64,000 bases of DNA from Octopus vulgaris (taxonomy: Eukaryota), in assembly GCA_951406725.2 (NCBI GenBank), contig OX597816.1:164052001-164116000 (forward strand), given 5' to 3'. Under the pieces are notes generated by a model, which was not told where the DNA came from, did not search any database, and was given only the letters and a program-made list of their open reading frames with translations. Both the position numbers and the translations under genes were made by a program. Position 1 is the stretch's first letter. Each line of letters begins with the position of its first letter. Positions 41,584-53,954 of the stretch are shown here, one piece after another.

Positions 41584-41978
41584 CTAGCAGTATTGCCCGG
41601 CGTTGCTCGGGTTGTAAGGGAAATAACTATATAAGCATTTTTAGAGAGTTATAGCCAAAAAATAGCAAAAAAATGCATTAAAAATTGAAAAAAAATTAAG
41701 GTAAATTTTTTTTTTAAATCGTTGACACATCGTAGATATTTTTAGAGAGTTACTTCCCTTATATAATAGCGAAAAAAATGCATTAAAATGGAAAAATATG
41801 ATGGTAATTTTTTTTAAATCGTAGACTCATCGTAGACGCGCGCTAATACCCAGAAGGGCTCGATATGAATCACGACTATAAGATACCCGCTTTTGGTTAA
41901 ACTGCACCGCAAAATGTGGGAGTAGTTACGAATCTAAATCGTAGGAGACAGACACACAACTTCACTCTTATATAAAGA
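41584..41978 (-). mobile_element. Non-autonomous Helitron
   Basis: The reverse strand begins A|TCTTTATATAAGAG and ends with hairpin CCCGAGCAACGCCGGG plus CTAG|T; AT target with no TSD. Confidence 0.85.
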
Positions 41979-41979
41979 T

Positions 41980-42308
41980 GCTTTTTTTTTTCAGTCATAG
42001 AGTTAGATTTATGAAGGTCTTCAGTAGAAAATCCTTCGAATTCTGACTCGCTGCTTGATATAATGAAATTCGTATCCATTTTTTGTCAGAATTACAAATT
42101 TTGAAAACACAATAGGAACAAATTTCGGAAAAAAATCTCCCATAATTCACGGAATTAAAATTACACTTCGATTTTTGTACAAAACTGTATTTGAAGTGTT
42201 TACGAAGTATAATACGTGTTTTCACGAATGTACTAAAGAGATTTACTCTGATATTCTCATTTAAATATGAATAGGTAAATTCGGGCGGTTTGGTAACGAA
42301 AGGGTTAA
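41980..42308 (-). mobile_element. piggyBac-like 5' terminal fragment
   Basis: The reverse strand starts TTAA-CCCTTTCGTTACC, and the ORF start MDTNFIISSSESEFEGFS is an acidic piggyBac-type N-terminus. It abuts the Helitron 5' end. Confidence 0.65.
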
Positions 42309-42747
42309 ACGGATGCATACATTTATTAATAACTATATAAAAGTGTCGTCTGTTTATACATAAACACTGTTTCATACTTTCAGTTTAGTCTTCCTCAAAT
42401 CACTCTGTCGCTATTTACTCTCTTCCAAGAACATTTTCACTCACACTTATCTCTTAGCTTGCCATACATTTTACTCATGTATCTATCAGCGTGATAGACA
42501 GAAACAAATATTACATCGCCATCGCTATCGCATTCTATTGTCTACCTGTCAACACACACGCAGTGAATTAGTTTCACTTTATTCGTTGCACACTGTGTGT
42601 GTACGTTTGCGTGTGCTGTAAACCAGACTAAGAAAAGCATTTGACATACACACCAGAATGTGAGTTTTATGTAAATTTTGCTTAATAGGAGTTTAAATTT
42701 TAAAAACTGGACCTGGCATGACCCGATGCATTCTACTCTTTAAAATG

Positions 42748-42838
42748 CTAGGTAAATTGTAATTGAAGAAATCCTATATTGTAGATTTCTATAAGTGACA
42801 AAGGGAGGCAGATAAAATCTGCCTTTTATAATAAGAGA
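42748..42838 (-). mobile_element. Helitron 5' terminal fragment
   Basis: The reverse strand reads A|TCTCTTATTATAAAAGGCAGATTTTATCTGCC. Confidence 0.45.
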
Positions 42839-43014
42839 TATACATATACATACATACATACATATATGTATATATGTATATACATATATATATATATATA
42901 TAAATATATGTATATATATATACATACATAAAATATACATTATAAACACTTAACAAGCGCTTAATATATATAAACGCAAATATATATGTATATATGCTTA
43001 TATATATATTTATA

Positions 43015-44640
43015 CTAGCAGCTAAGCCCGGTTTCACCCGGTCGGTTTGGATGGTGTGGCTGTAAAACCTGCTCTGTGTAAGCATTTGACTTGTTTGGGC
43101 ACGCTTACGTTAAAACACAATTTTTGAATGATTTTTTTCTGTCAAAATGCTAAAAATAACTGACCAACAAAAAAAAATAGATTCAACCAAATCAAAAAAT
43201 AAACCCAAATAGTAAGTGAACAAAGATGCAAAACAACAGAAACAAACATAAAAATTAAAACAAGAATTGAAAGAAATAAAAAAAAATAGGTCAAAAATCT
43301 TATAAATTTTCAAAGGTCAAAAAACAAAAAAAAAATAATAATAATAACTGAAAAACATTAAATACATCAACCTCAATGCGAAATATTACACAAACAGATA
43401 CACACACACGCACACACACACGCACACAGATACACACACACACACGCACGCACGCGGGTGGATGCATACATACATAGGCACATACACATACACACACATG
43501 TATACATACATTCACTCACGCACACATGCATACACACACATGCATACACACATTTACATGCATGCATATACACATGCATACACATACATACACACACATG
43601 CATGAATGCATACTTTCACTCACACACACACACACACATACATACATACATACATACATACATACATACATACATACATACATACATTCACACACATACA
43701 TACATACATAGATGCATACTACACTCACACACACACATACATACTACTCACACACACACATACATACTACACTCACACACATGCGTACATACACATGCAT
43801 ACCCACACCCACAAACATGCATACATACATTCACTCACGCACATACACTCACGCACACATGCATACACACACATGCATACACACATATACATGCGTGCAT
43901 ATACACATACACACACGTGCATGCATACATACTCTCACTCACGCACACACAGACATACATACATACATACATACATACATACATACTACACTCACACATA
44001 CATACATACATACATACATATATACATACTACACTCACACACATGCATACCCACACCCACACACATGCATACCTCCCACACACATACACATGCATTCATA
44101 CACACAAATACACACAAGTATATATAATAACATAAAGACAGTCTTATGTAAATTCGTGCGACATGTAATACTTTTTGCCCATCGCAATCCACCCGTTACA
44201 CTTTCCTTTCAGCTTGCCAGCCACACGGAACGGCTACACGTCACGCTTATATTTTTAATTCTTTTGATTTATATTTTCAACTGCAACAACTGTAGATTTT
44301 TTTTTTTTTAATCTCAGACTTTTTTCAAACACTTTAAAGAATTTTTCCACTTACAGCGCTTCTTTGGCATCGACATAATGTCGGGCTTTGTAGATTTTTT
44401 TCCCCCCATTGCTTTATTTTGTAAAAAAAGGGTTATCAAATGCATTCCAAAGGAAATCATTGATGGCGCGTATTTTTCAATAAATATGCACACAGAAGAA
44501 TGTTCATACTTTTTCAAAAATATTATACATTTGGTCATTTTGTGGAATTGAACTCATGGTTTGAGATGAGGATTTTTAACAGCCTGAAATGAGCATACAC
44601 ACACACACACAGACAGACACAGACATTTATGTGTGTATAC
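43015..44640 (-). mobile_element. Non-autonomous Helitron containing a long degenerate CA/CATA tract
   Basis: 3' hairpin CCGGGTGAAACCGGG plus CTAG|T at 43015, and TGTCTGTCTGTGTG near the inferred 5' end. The 5' boundary is approximate. Confidence 0.6.
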
Positions 44641-44764
44641 GAATATATACATATATATATATATATATACAAGATAAGAAAATGGAGAAATACATCTAAA
44701 TCAAATATCAATTACCAGATAATACTTAATCACATACTTTATTAAACCACCACATAAGAGACTG

Positions 44765-44930
<166 letters not shown>

Positions 44931-44931
44931 A

Positions 44932-45160
44932 TAAATGTAATATGTGACAATTATTCGGTAGCCATGATAAAACTCCGAGTTTTACCATGGCCGGATGACT
45001 GAAGAGATGGCGGCGTGGATTTCCGCTCCGACATCCGACACTCGGAGTTTAATCATGGCTACCGAATAATTGTCACATATTACATTTACAGATAAATTCT
45101 TCTATTTACACAATATCAAGGTTTCTTTCATTATTTTGTTGTCTTACAATTTCTATCAAT
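44932..45160 (+). mobile_element. Miniature inverted PLE remnant related to 14263-16117, with hammerhead-like motif
   Basis: 44932-44990 is inverted relative to 45040-45088. It contains CTGAAGA-GATG..CATC-CGACA-CTCGGAG, and its 3' tail is homologous to 14263-14350. Confidence 0.75.
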
Positions 45161-45271
45161 ATATATAAATTTAAAATAAGAGTGAAAACTTGAATATTAA
45201 TTTGATTAATATCAGTGATCTAGCATATAGAAAAATCTGAAGAATCAGAAAAATTATATTACATGCATATA

Positions 45272-45368
45272 AGAGGGATAACCACTAAGTGGACATCCTT
45301 TCTTAGTGGTAAGACCATAGAGGGTTGACTTCTAGCATAATGGATGTCCACTTAGTGGTCATCCCTCT
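45272..45368. repeat. 27-bp inverted repeat (probable PLE terminal remnant)
   Basis: AGAGGGATAACCACTAAGTGGACATCC / GGATGTCCACTTAGTGGTCATCCCTCT. Confidence 0.85.
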
Positions 45369-45371
45369 GAC

Positions 45372-45410
<39 letters not shown>

Positions 45411-45412
<2 letters not shown>

Positions 45413-45799
45413 CGCAGGAGTGGATGTGTGGTAAGTAGCTTGCTTACCAACCACATGGTTCCGGGTTCAGTCCCACTGCGTGGCACCTTGGGCAAGTGTC
45501 TTCTGCTATAGCCTCGGGCCGACCAATGCCATGTGAGTGGATTTGGTAGACAGAAACTGAAAGAAGCCTGTCGTATATATGCATATATATGTGTATGTGT
45601 GTCTGTGTTTGTCCCCCTAGCATTGATTGACAACCGATGCTGGTGTGTTTATGTCCCCGTTACTTAGCGGTTCGGCAAAAGAGACCGATAGAATAAGTAC
45701 TGGGCTTACAAAAAGAATAAGTTCCGGGGTCGAGTTGCTCGATCAAAGGCGGTGCTCCAGCATGGCCGCAGTCAAATGACTGAAACAAGTAAAAGAGTA
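45411..45799 (+). mobile_element. SINE family A, full length
   Basis: Inserted within (TA)n; complete head and tail. Confidence 0.93.
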
Positions 45800-45854
45800 T
45801 ATATATATATATATATATATATTCTCAATTTTTCCTATATATATATATATATAT

Positions 45855-45927
45855 AAAATTAAGAATGGAGACAAACGCTCAAGATGATTTAATAATATCT
45901 TGAGCGTTTCTCTCCATTCTCAATTTT
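45855..45927. repeat. ~30-bp inverted repeat
   Basis: AAAATTAAGAATGGAGACAAACGCTCAAGAT / ATCTTGAGCGTTTCTCTCCATTCTCAATTTT. Confidence 0.8.
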
Positions 45928-46203
45928 CCCTATTTTCTCTTAAATACGTCTCGCTTCTCCCCGGAATCAAATCCTACACAAGTGTGACCATTGTTTCCTT
46001 GGACACTTAAGCTACATTTATCAACCTTGTAATTATTCCCCTGGATCTTTCCTATAATTTGTACACTCATACATATATATATATATATGTGTGTGTGTGT
46101 GCGTGTATATATATATATATAGATATATACACATATATATGTATGTGTGTGAATATATGTATGTATAAGTATATATGTGTTTGGGTGTTTAGGCTTACAT
46201 TCT

Positions 46204-46255
<52 letters not shown>

Positions 46256-46391
46256 TATTCATAACCCAAGTTGCATTGATAATAGTACTCTCAATATCTC
46301 TCTTTCTCTTCTTGTGTGCCTTTCTCACTCTTTCTCACTCTTTCTCTCTCTCTCCTTCTCTCTCTCTCACCCGTTCTCTCTCTCTTTCTCT

Positions 46392-46425
<34 letters not shown>

Positions 46426-46629
46426 CTCTCTCTGTCTCTCTGTCTCTCTCTGTCTCTCTCTGTCTCTCTTTCTCTCTTTCTCTCTCTCTCTATCTCTCTC
46501 TCGATCACTATGGTTCTCGTGTTTCCTAATCGATGTCTTGATCTCGTTTCAGATTTATTGTCTGTTAAAAAGCAAGAAGAAAAACAAAACGTTCACGTCT
46601 CCAGAATGCAATGGGTGTCCTTTGTATAG

Positions 46630-46642
46630 CGCCGCCATCTTG
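46630..46642 (+). promoter_or_regulatory. YY1-type motif at the start of the GC-rich exon island
   Basis: CGCCGCCATCTTG immediately after a possible acceptor TTTGTATAG, and downstream of a (CT)n tract at 46296-46502. Confidence 0.45.
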
Positions 46643-46731
46643 TCCGCGTCTAAATAGCTGCCGCCGCCGTCGTCGTCGTCGTCGTCGCCAACGCCACCAG
46701 CTACTAGACAGCCTGTCCTTAAACCGGTCAG

Positions 46732-47020
46732 ATGATCAACTTCGATGGTATGGACACGGGGCGTGTGGATTTCAGCTTAGTGGAGCGGAACAGGATACTG
46801 GCCGCAGCGGCTGCCGCAGCCGCCGCCGGGAACCCGGTTTCTTTAGGTCCGCCCAGTCTTGGACCAAGCTATGATAACCACCGTCCAAATGTGGCGGCCG
46901 GAGTGCCTCGGAGTACAGTTTCGGAACTGGCCGCTCGTACGGGAACACCATCTGCACTGAGTTCTATGGGACACTACCCTAAAAGCTACTTACCTCATTC
47001 AATGGCTCTCAGATCAACCA
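46732..47020 (+). CDS. Probable first coding exon of an unidentified gene (poly-Ala, Pro/Ser-rich N-terminus, transcription-factor-like)
   Basis: The only non-repetitive GC/CpG-rich island in the window. In-frame TAA at 46720 precedes ATG 46732, the poly-Ala uses mixed codons, and a consensus donor GTAAGT sits at 47021 (phase 1). Confidence 0.75.
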
Positions 47021-47119
47021 GTAAGTAATTTGTTTCTTCTTTCACGTTTTTCCTCTTTACTAACACACAGCTACGAGACTGATCGATCACGTGGAATGGA
47101 CCCATCGAATCTCTCGTTA

Positions 47120-47246
47120 TACAAGGGGTGTATAAAAAATGTTGAGCCTCAAAACAACAAAACATGGTACAAAACTTCCTATGAAGGTACACGACTTCAA
47201 GGCTCAAAGGCCTTGAAGGCTCAAAACTTTTCATACATCCCTCGTA
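47120..47246. mobile_element. Mariner-type MITE
   Basis: TIRs TACAAGGGGTGTATAAAAAATGTTGAGCCT / AGGCTCAAAACTTTTCATACATCCCTCGTA, with TA TSD. Confidence 0.85.
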
Positions 47247-48139
47247 TACCATCTTTGAAATAGATTCGTCTTCATCGTTTATTATAAGCTACAGTTGCCT
47301 TGCTTCCGTCTTACTTGTACGCGCTATCAACTGGGGAATCTTTATTACAAGTGTTGTCCCGATGTTGCAATGGTGCAATTCTTTACAAGAAAAAAGTTGT
47401 CAATATTTCCTTTCAAAATAAAATAAATATGACACCCCTAGCCATCCCGTTTGATGTTTGACTATACTTATATATTACTATTCATATATATATATATATA
47501 TATGACAACATCGAGGGATAGTAAAAGAGGTGGACAAGTAGTTATATACGTCAGCAAGACGTTTATAAAGATGTTGCATAAAAGTATATATAATTAAGAG
47601 GAACTTATAGTCCAAATCGTAACAGCTGTTTCAAAAACACGCTGACTTGGTGATGCATTAATGTATATTATGCGAACAGGTGTACATATTGACTCAGGTA
47701 AACATACGTAAAGGTCAAAATTGACATTAATTTAATACATAAGTATGGTACAGAAGTCAATATACGCTTCAATTTAGTCATCACTGAACCTTATTACCTG
47801 TGGGGAAAACTGTAGTCGTAAAATCTTGATATATGTATGTGTATTACGTATTTTCTCAAAGGCAGATGAATGGATAAACAAAGAACTAAAAACCTCCTAA
47901 GAAAAATTATGTATTTTTTTATATATTTAAATTATAAATAATTTAACATTGCAATTTTTACACAGTTTTCCCATTTCTTCGTTTCTCCTGAAATTTTAAT
48001 AATTTCTAGAAAAAAAAATATCACAATTAAACAACACTAAAAACAAATCAACCAATTTTGAAAACGGTCCCGTTTTACAAGATAGCATCTATATTTATCT
48101 AACTATGCATGTCATTTATTTATTTATTTCTTATTATCA

Positions 48140-48352
48140 TTGGTTTCATATTTTGGCGTAGCCCCAGCAATTTCAGAGAGGGGAGTAAATCGATTGCATC
48201 GACCCCAGTGCTCAACTGGTACTTACCTTTACTGATTCTTAAAGGATGAAAGGCAAAATGGACATCTGTGGAATTTGACCTTAAAACGTAAAGACAGACG
48301 AAATGCCGCTAAGAATTTTGTCCAATCTTCTTCACGATTCTCCACATCACCG
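48140..48352 (-). mobile_element. SINE family B, diverged
   Basis: ATCGACCCCAGTGCTCAACTGGTACTT...GAAATGCCGCTAAG. Confidence 0.75.
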
Positions 48353-48373
48353 CTTTTACTGTTGTTGTTGTTG

Positions 48374-48451
<78 letters not shown>

Positions 48452-48452
<1 letters not shown>

Positions 48453-48665
48453 GGCTGCTAGCTGGCAGAATCGTTAGCACGCCGGGCAAAATGCTTAGCG
48501 GCATTTCGTCCGTCGTTACGTTCTAAGTTCAAATTCCGCCGAGGTCGACTTTGCCTTTCAACCTTTCTGGGTCGATAAATTAAGTACCAATGAAACACTT
48601 GGATCGATGTAATCGACTAGACCCCTCCCCACAAAATTCCAGGTCTTATACTTTTAGTAGAAAGA
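48452..48665 (+). mobile_element. SINE family B
   Basis: GCTGGCAGAATCGTTAGCACGCCGGGCAAAATGCTTAGCGG; flanked by (TTA)n. Confidence 0.88.
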
Positions 48666-48737
<72 letters not shown>

Positions 48738-48790
48738 TTTATTTTTTTTTATTTATTTATTTATTTATTTTTTTTTTTTATTGTTATTAA

Positions 48791-49055
48791 AGCGACGAGC
48801 TGCCAAAATCGTTAACGTACCGGGAGAAATGCTGAGCAGCATTTCGTCCTGTCGCTACCTTCCGTTTTCAAACTCCGTCGAGGTCGACTTTGCCTTTCAT
48901 CCTTTCGGGGTCGATAAAATAAATACCAGTGAAACACTTCGGTCAATGTAATTCACTTACTTCGTCGTCCTCCTCCTCCTCCTCTTCCTTCTTCTCCTCT
49001 TCTTTCTCTTCCTCCTCCTCCGAAATTGCTGGCGTTACGCCAAAATTTGAAACTA
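48791..49055 (+). mobile_element. SINE family B
   Basis: Tandem second copy after (TTA)n. Confidence 0.82.
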
Positions 49056-49617
49056 TTATTACTTTTATTATATTAATACTACCACTACTATCATCATTAT
49101 TATGACTACTACTGTTTTTATTCCCTCTTAATTTTTTGACTCAAAAATATTCAAAAAATTTGAAAATAGTAAAATTTGTTTCGTTACGCAGAGGAAAAAA
49201 ATATTGAAAGCATGAAAATAAAAAAAAAATTAAAAATTAAAAAAACTTATGAAACAGTAGTATTTGAACCCTTGACTGTATTTTAGAAAATATTATTTCC
49301 AGGGTGACGAATTACAGCCTTCTAACGGATTGTATGCTTTATATATATTGTTGCTGTCATTTTGAACCTTCTTTTTTGCAGTTTTTTGTTTCATAAAATG
49401 CGATTTATAAAATGATGTAATTTTATGTTGCGTGTTTGTATGATAAATAATTTTAATATCGGGGAGAGAAAAAGAAACGAGGGAAGATAATCAGTATGTC
49501 TTATACGTTTTACTGAGAAATTCTATATTTTGCGACATTATTGCATCTCTCGATATATACGTCACATATGATCATGTGATCTATATATCAACATTCTCTT
49601 CTTACATATAACCACAC

Positions 49618-49667
<50 letters not shown>

Positions 49668-49715
49668 GTGTGTGCGTACGTGCGTGTAATTGACTGTTGG
49701 ATTGTTTTGCCTCAT

Positions 49716-49771
49716 CCTGTCAATGTCATGATGAGCTCGCAAGGGCGAAACAAACAGTATTTTTTTGCAGG
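49716..49771 (+). ncRNA. Hammerhead-like motif in the putative intron
   Basis: (C)ATGATGA-GCTC-GCAA-GGGC-GAAAC-AAACA-GTA, with distal stem I CCTGTCAA/TTGCAGG. Confidence 0.4.
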
Positions 49772-49856
49772 AATCAACAATGGAATTATATAGTAAACTC
49801 TTTGTATATTAGCAAGTGTTTATGCCTATCTGTCTGTGACGTTCTCTGTTTGTATG

Positions 49857-49917
<61 letters not shown>

Positions 49918-49975
49918 CTTCCTCAGTCTTTCGTTCTCACTTCATTTTCTTTCCTTCAGTATCTGCTTATGTACC

Positions 49976-50050
<75 letters not shown>

Positions 50051-50140
50051 CCCACCCTCTTTCTCTCTCCCTCTCTCTCTCTATCTAGCTAGCTGTCTAT
50101 CTATTTATCTATCAATCAGTCTGTCTATCTACCTATCTGC

Positions 50141-50234
<94 letters not shown>

Positions 50235-50544
50235 GTCTACCTATCTATATATATGTTTGTGTGCCTGCATGCAATATATGAATATTCTATATATCCAACT
50301 AATAATATATATCTGTACGTCTGTATACATACCTATCTATCCCTTATATCTGCTTACATACAGAATATACATATGCATCCAATATATACATGTAATTAAA
50401 TATTTGCGTACGTATACATGCATGCATTCGATTCACACATATGAAAGTTGCTGCTGTCTTTGAAAAATTCCCTCCCAATATAGAAAACAGGCACCAAATC
50501 TTAAGGGGAATGGTATCGGCTAATTGTGATCTCAAAAGAGCTAA

Positions 50545-50720
50545 CTCAGACCGATAAGGCTAGGCCTTTCGAATTACTGGTATGACTCATTTTTGCCGGT
50601 TGAATGGACTGGAGCAACCAGAAATAAAGTGACTTGCTCAAGAACACAACGCGCCGCCGGGTATCGATCTCACAACCTTACCATTATAAGCCGACTACCC
50701 TAACCACCGAACCACATTCC
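50545..50720 (-). mobile_element. SINE family D, diverged 5' part
   Basis: TGGACTGGAGCAAC..TTGCTCAAGAACACAACGCGCCGCCGGG homology to 59440-59561. Confidence 0.7.
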
Positions 50721-50847
50721 TTCGCTGTGATCTATATATTCAGCGACTCTATTAAATTCGTACAATATTGCATTGAATGTGTAAAGATTTTTTTTATATG
50801 CATGTATAGGAAACCTTCACCATACCGTGGTTCACCTGTATATATAC

Positions 50848-50942
<95 letters not shown>

Positions 50943-51160
50943 TATGCATGTGTATGTGTGTGTATATGTGTACATGCGTGTGTATTTATGCGCATGGCTC
51001 TATTCTGTGCGTGTATGCATGCATGTATGAGTGTATGTGTGTGTGTGTGTGTGTGTGTATACGACTTTGTGTATGCATTTATGCGCATGTGTGCATTGAG
51101 CAGGCATATATATACGATATGGGTATATATGTATGTTTGTATGTATGTATGTACGTATGT

Positions 51161-51317
51161 GCTTCTTTCAGTTTCCGTCTACCAAATCCACTCACATGGC
51201 TTTGGTCGGCCCGCGGCTATAGTAGAAGACACTTGCTCAAGGTGCCACGCAGTGTGACTGAACCTGGAACCATGTGGTTGTTAAGCAAGCTACTTGCCGC
51301 ACAGCCACTCCTACGCC
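51161..51317 (-). mobile_element. SINE family A, 5' half
   Basis: Reverse-strand head. Confidence 0.87.
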
Positions 51318-52069
51318 TATATGTTGTTGAATTAAAATAAGGAAAAACAAAAAAAAAACAAAAAAAATGATGTATGGCAATTTTCCAATTTAAGCCACGT
51401 GGGAATTGAACGCGCATAGCTTGGAATTCAATTGAAGAATTAGTATTTATTTAAATTTCCTTCAACCACTGGAACGAAAAACAATGGTCCCCCCCCCCCC
51501 CATCCCCACCTCCATTTTTCGTAATAGTCCACTAAATAAATTCCTCATTCTTATCGACGTCACAATCACTCCCCCCCGTTCTTCTTCTTTTTCTCCTTCT
51601 TGTGTTGACAATAGTCTTACGTTCATTGATCTCTTATCAAAACATTCTCAGCTAATTGATTTCTTTTTATCCAGATCGATATTTTAACTAGTATTTATTT
51701 ATCTAGCAACATCAATTAAGTCAAAGCACAAAACACACACACGCACCGGTGCGTGTGTGTGTGTGTATGTGTGTGTATGTGTGTGTGTGTGTGTGTGTCT
51801 GTGTGTGTGTGTGCTTGTGTGTGTATACATATACGCATATATATTTTTGTGTGCGTATTTTCTAAATGTTTTGGTTTGGTGTTGCTTTAGTTATCGTTGT
51901 GGTGGTGATGGTGTTGATGTTGAGGATGACGACGATGAAAACAATTATGATGATGATGATGATGATGATGATGTAGTTTTTTTTGTATGCTTTTTGTTTA
52001 TTTATTCCGTTATCGTTTTCTCTTTATTCTTTGGAATACTTCTGCAAAACCTTACTTTATTTGTCGGAT

Positions 52070-52101
<32 letters not shown>

Positions 52102-52265
52102 TTCTTCTTCTTCTTCTTCTTCTTCTTCTTCTCCTCCTCCTCCTCCTCCTCCCCCTCCTCCTCCTCCTCCTCCTCCTCCTTCTTCTTCTTCTTCTTCTTC
52201 TTCTTCTTCTTCTTCTTCTTCTTCTTCTTCTTCTTCTTCTCCTCCTCCTCCTCCTCCTCCCCTCC
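52070..52265. repeat. (TTC)n/(TCC)n polypyrimidine microsatellite
   Basis: Seen directly; source of the poly-R, poly-E and poly-S ORFs. Confidence 0.97.
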
Positions 52266-52276
52266 CCATCATGATG

Positions 52277-52821
52277 ATTGAGTGAGAGAGCAGTGCATGC
52301 CATCAAAGTGACACTGGGGTAAAATATACAAAACCCAGGTATACCTATCATGACTACCCGTCTGATAAGGACACACCAGGCACATGCATCACAACCATAT
52401 GTGCGTGACATGGTGATCTCATATCAATATTAACAGCGCATCACCTTGCAGGTGGGGCCCAGTTAGAATTTTCTTCAGGTCGAATAGCCCATTCTACTCA
52501 AAGGCTCCCTGAATAAAGATTGTTTAGGGATGTTGAACGAAACACCCATGTTTCCGATGGTGAATTATCCAAACCCCAAACAATTCCTCTCAACATATGG
52601 CTATGATGTTCCCTCACTACTTCTGCTCGTATCGTCAGCCACTAAGGGACATGCTCAACTGGTTGAGGTCAAGCAACTGACAAGCAAATCTGTGGTATTG
52701 AGCAGAATATTTGCTGTAGCTCATCTTTTATACAAAGACAAAACAATGTACATGATAACACTTCCAATCAGATAAGATGAGAAGCTATGAGACCCACTGT
52801 CTGGCACTGCATCAGGGCATT
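52277..52821 (-). mobile_element. Second full copy of the ~555-bp (TAA)n-associated element
   Basis: Same 5' (ATGCCCTGATG) and 3' (CTCTCTCACTCAAT) ends as 9786-10343. Confidence 0.82.
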
Positions 52822-52989
52822 ATTATTATTTTTTTTTCTCTTTCTAGTTTCAGCTCAGAGCTGCGGCCATGCTGATGCACCGCCGTTTAAAACAGTGTGT
52901 ACGGGATGGCGCCAGTGGTTTCAAGGTTAGGAAGAGTCTAGCAGTAAGATTCAGTTTAAACGAAGTAACCACACGGCTAAGCCCGCACG

Positions 52990-53292
<303 letters not shown>

Positions 53293-53954
53293 ATGTGATC
53301 TTGTAGAATCGTTAGTGCGTCGGATGAAATGTCTGGTGGCTTTTCCTCCGGTTGTTTATGTACTCTGAGTTCATGTTCCGCCGATGTCAACCTTCGGGTT
53401 CCCTAAAACAAGAACCAGTTAAATATTGAAGTCGATAGCATCGACCAATTCAGCTCTGCTTGACGTCGTGCCAGAATTAGAACTATCGCTCTCGTCGCCG
53501 TCATCACCACCACCACCACCAACATCATCATCGTCATCACCATCATCACTATCATCAGCATCAGTAGCAACGTCAACAAGAGAAGCATTAAAATTCCATA
53601 GCATTTATGCATCTATGATGCACCAGCTGCACATTAGAATCAGCAATTTCCACCTCTTCTGACCCACCCTACTGCACTTACATTTTGCACCGTCTTATCT
53701 CTGGTGTTCATAGCTCGCTTCTACTATTTATTTATCTCCTTTTCTCATCATCATCATCAGCCTTGCCCACCACCATTATCATCATCATCATCATCATCAT
53801 CATCATCTTCATCATCACCACCACCGTCAGCATCATCATCATCGTTATCTGAGATTTCAAGTAAAGGTGATTTCCACCGCTCACCTTCAAGGATTCATAA
53901 AATCAACGTACCAGTTAGATACTGAGGTCGAATAGATAAATTATATTCCACATT

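Noticed and set aside
51983-52411. Poly-S/P, poly-R and poly-E ORFs
   Set aside because: Translations of (TTC)n/(TCC)n joined to a retroelement end.
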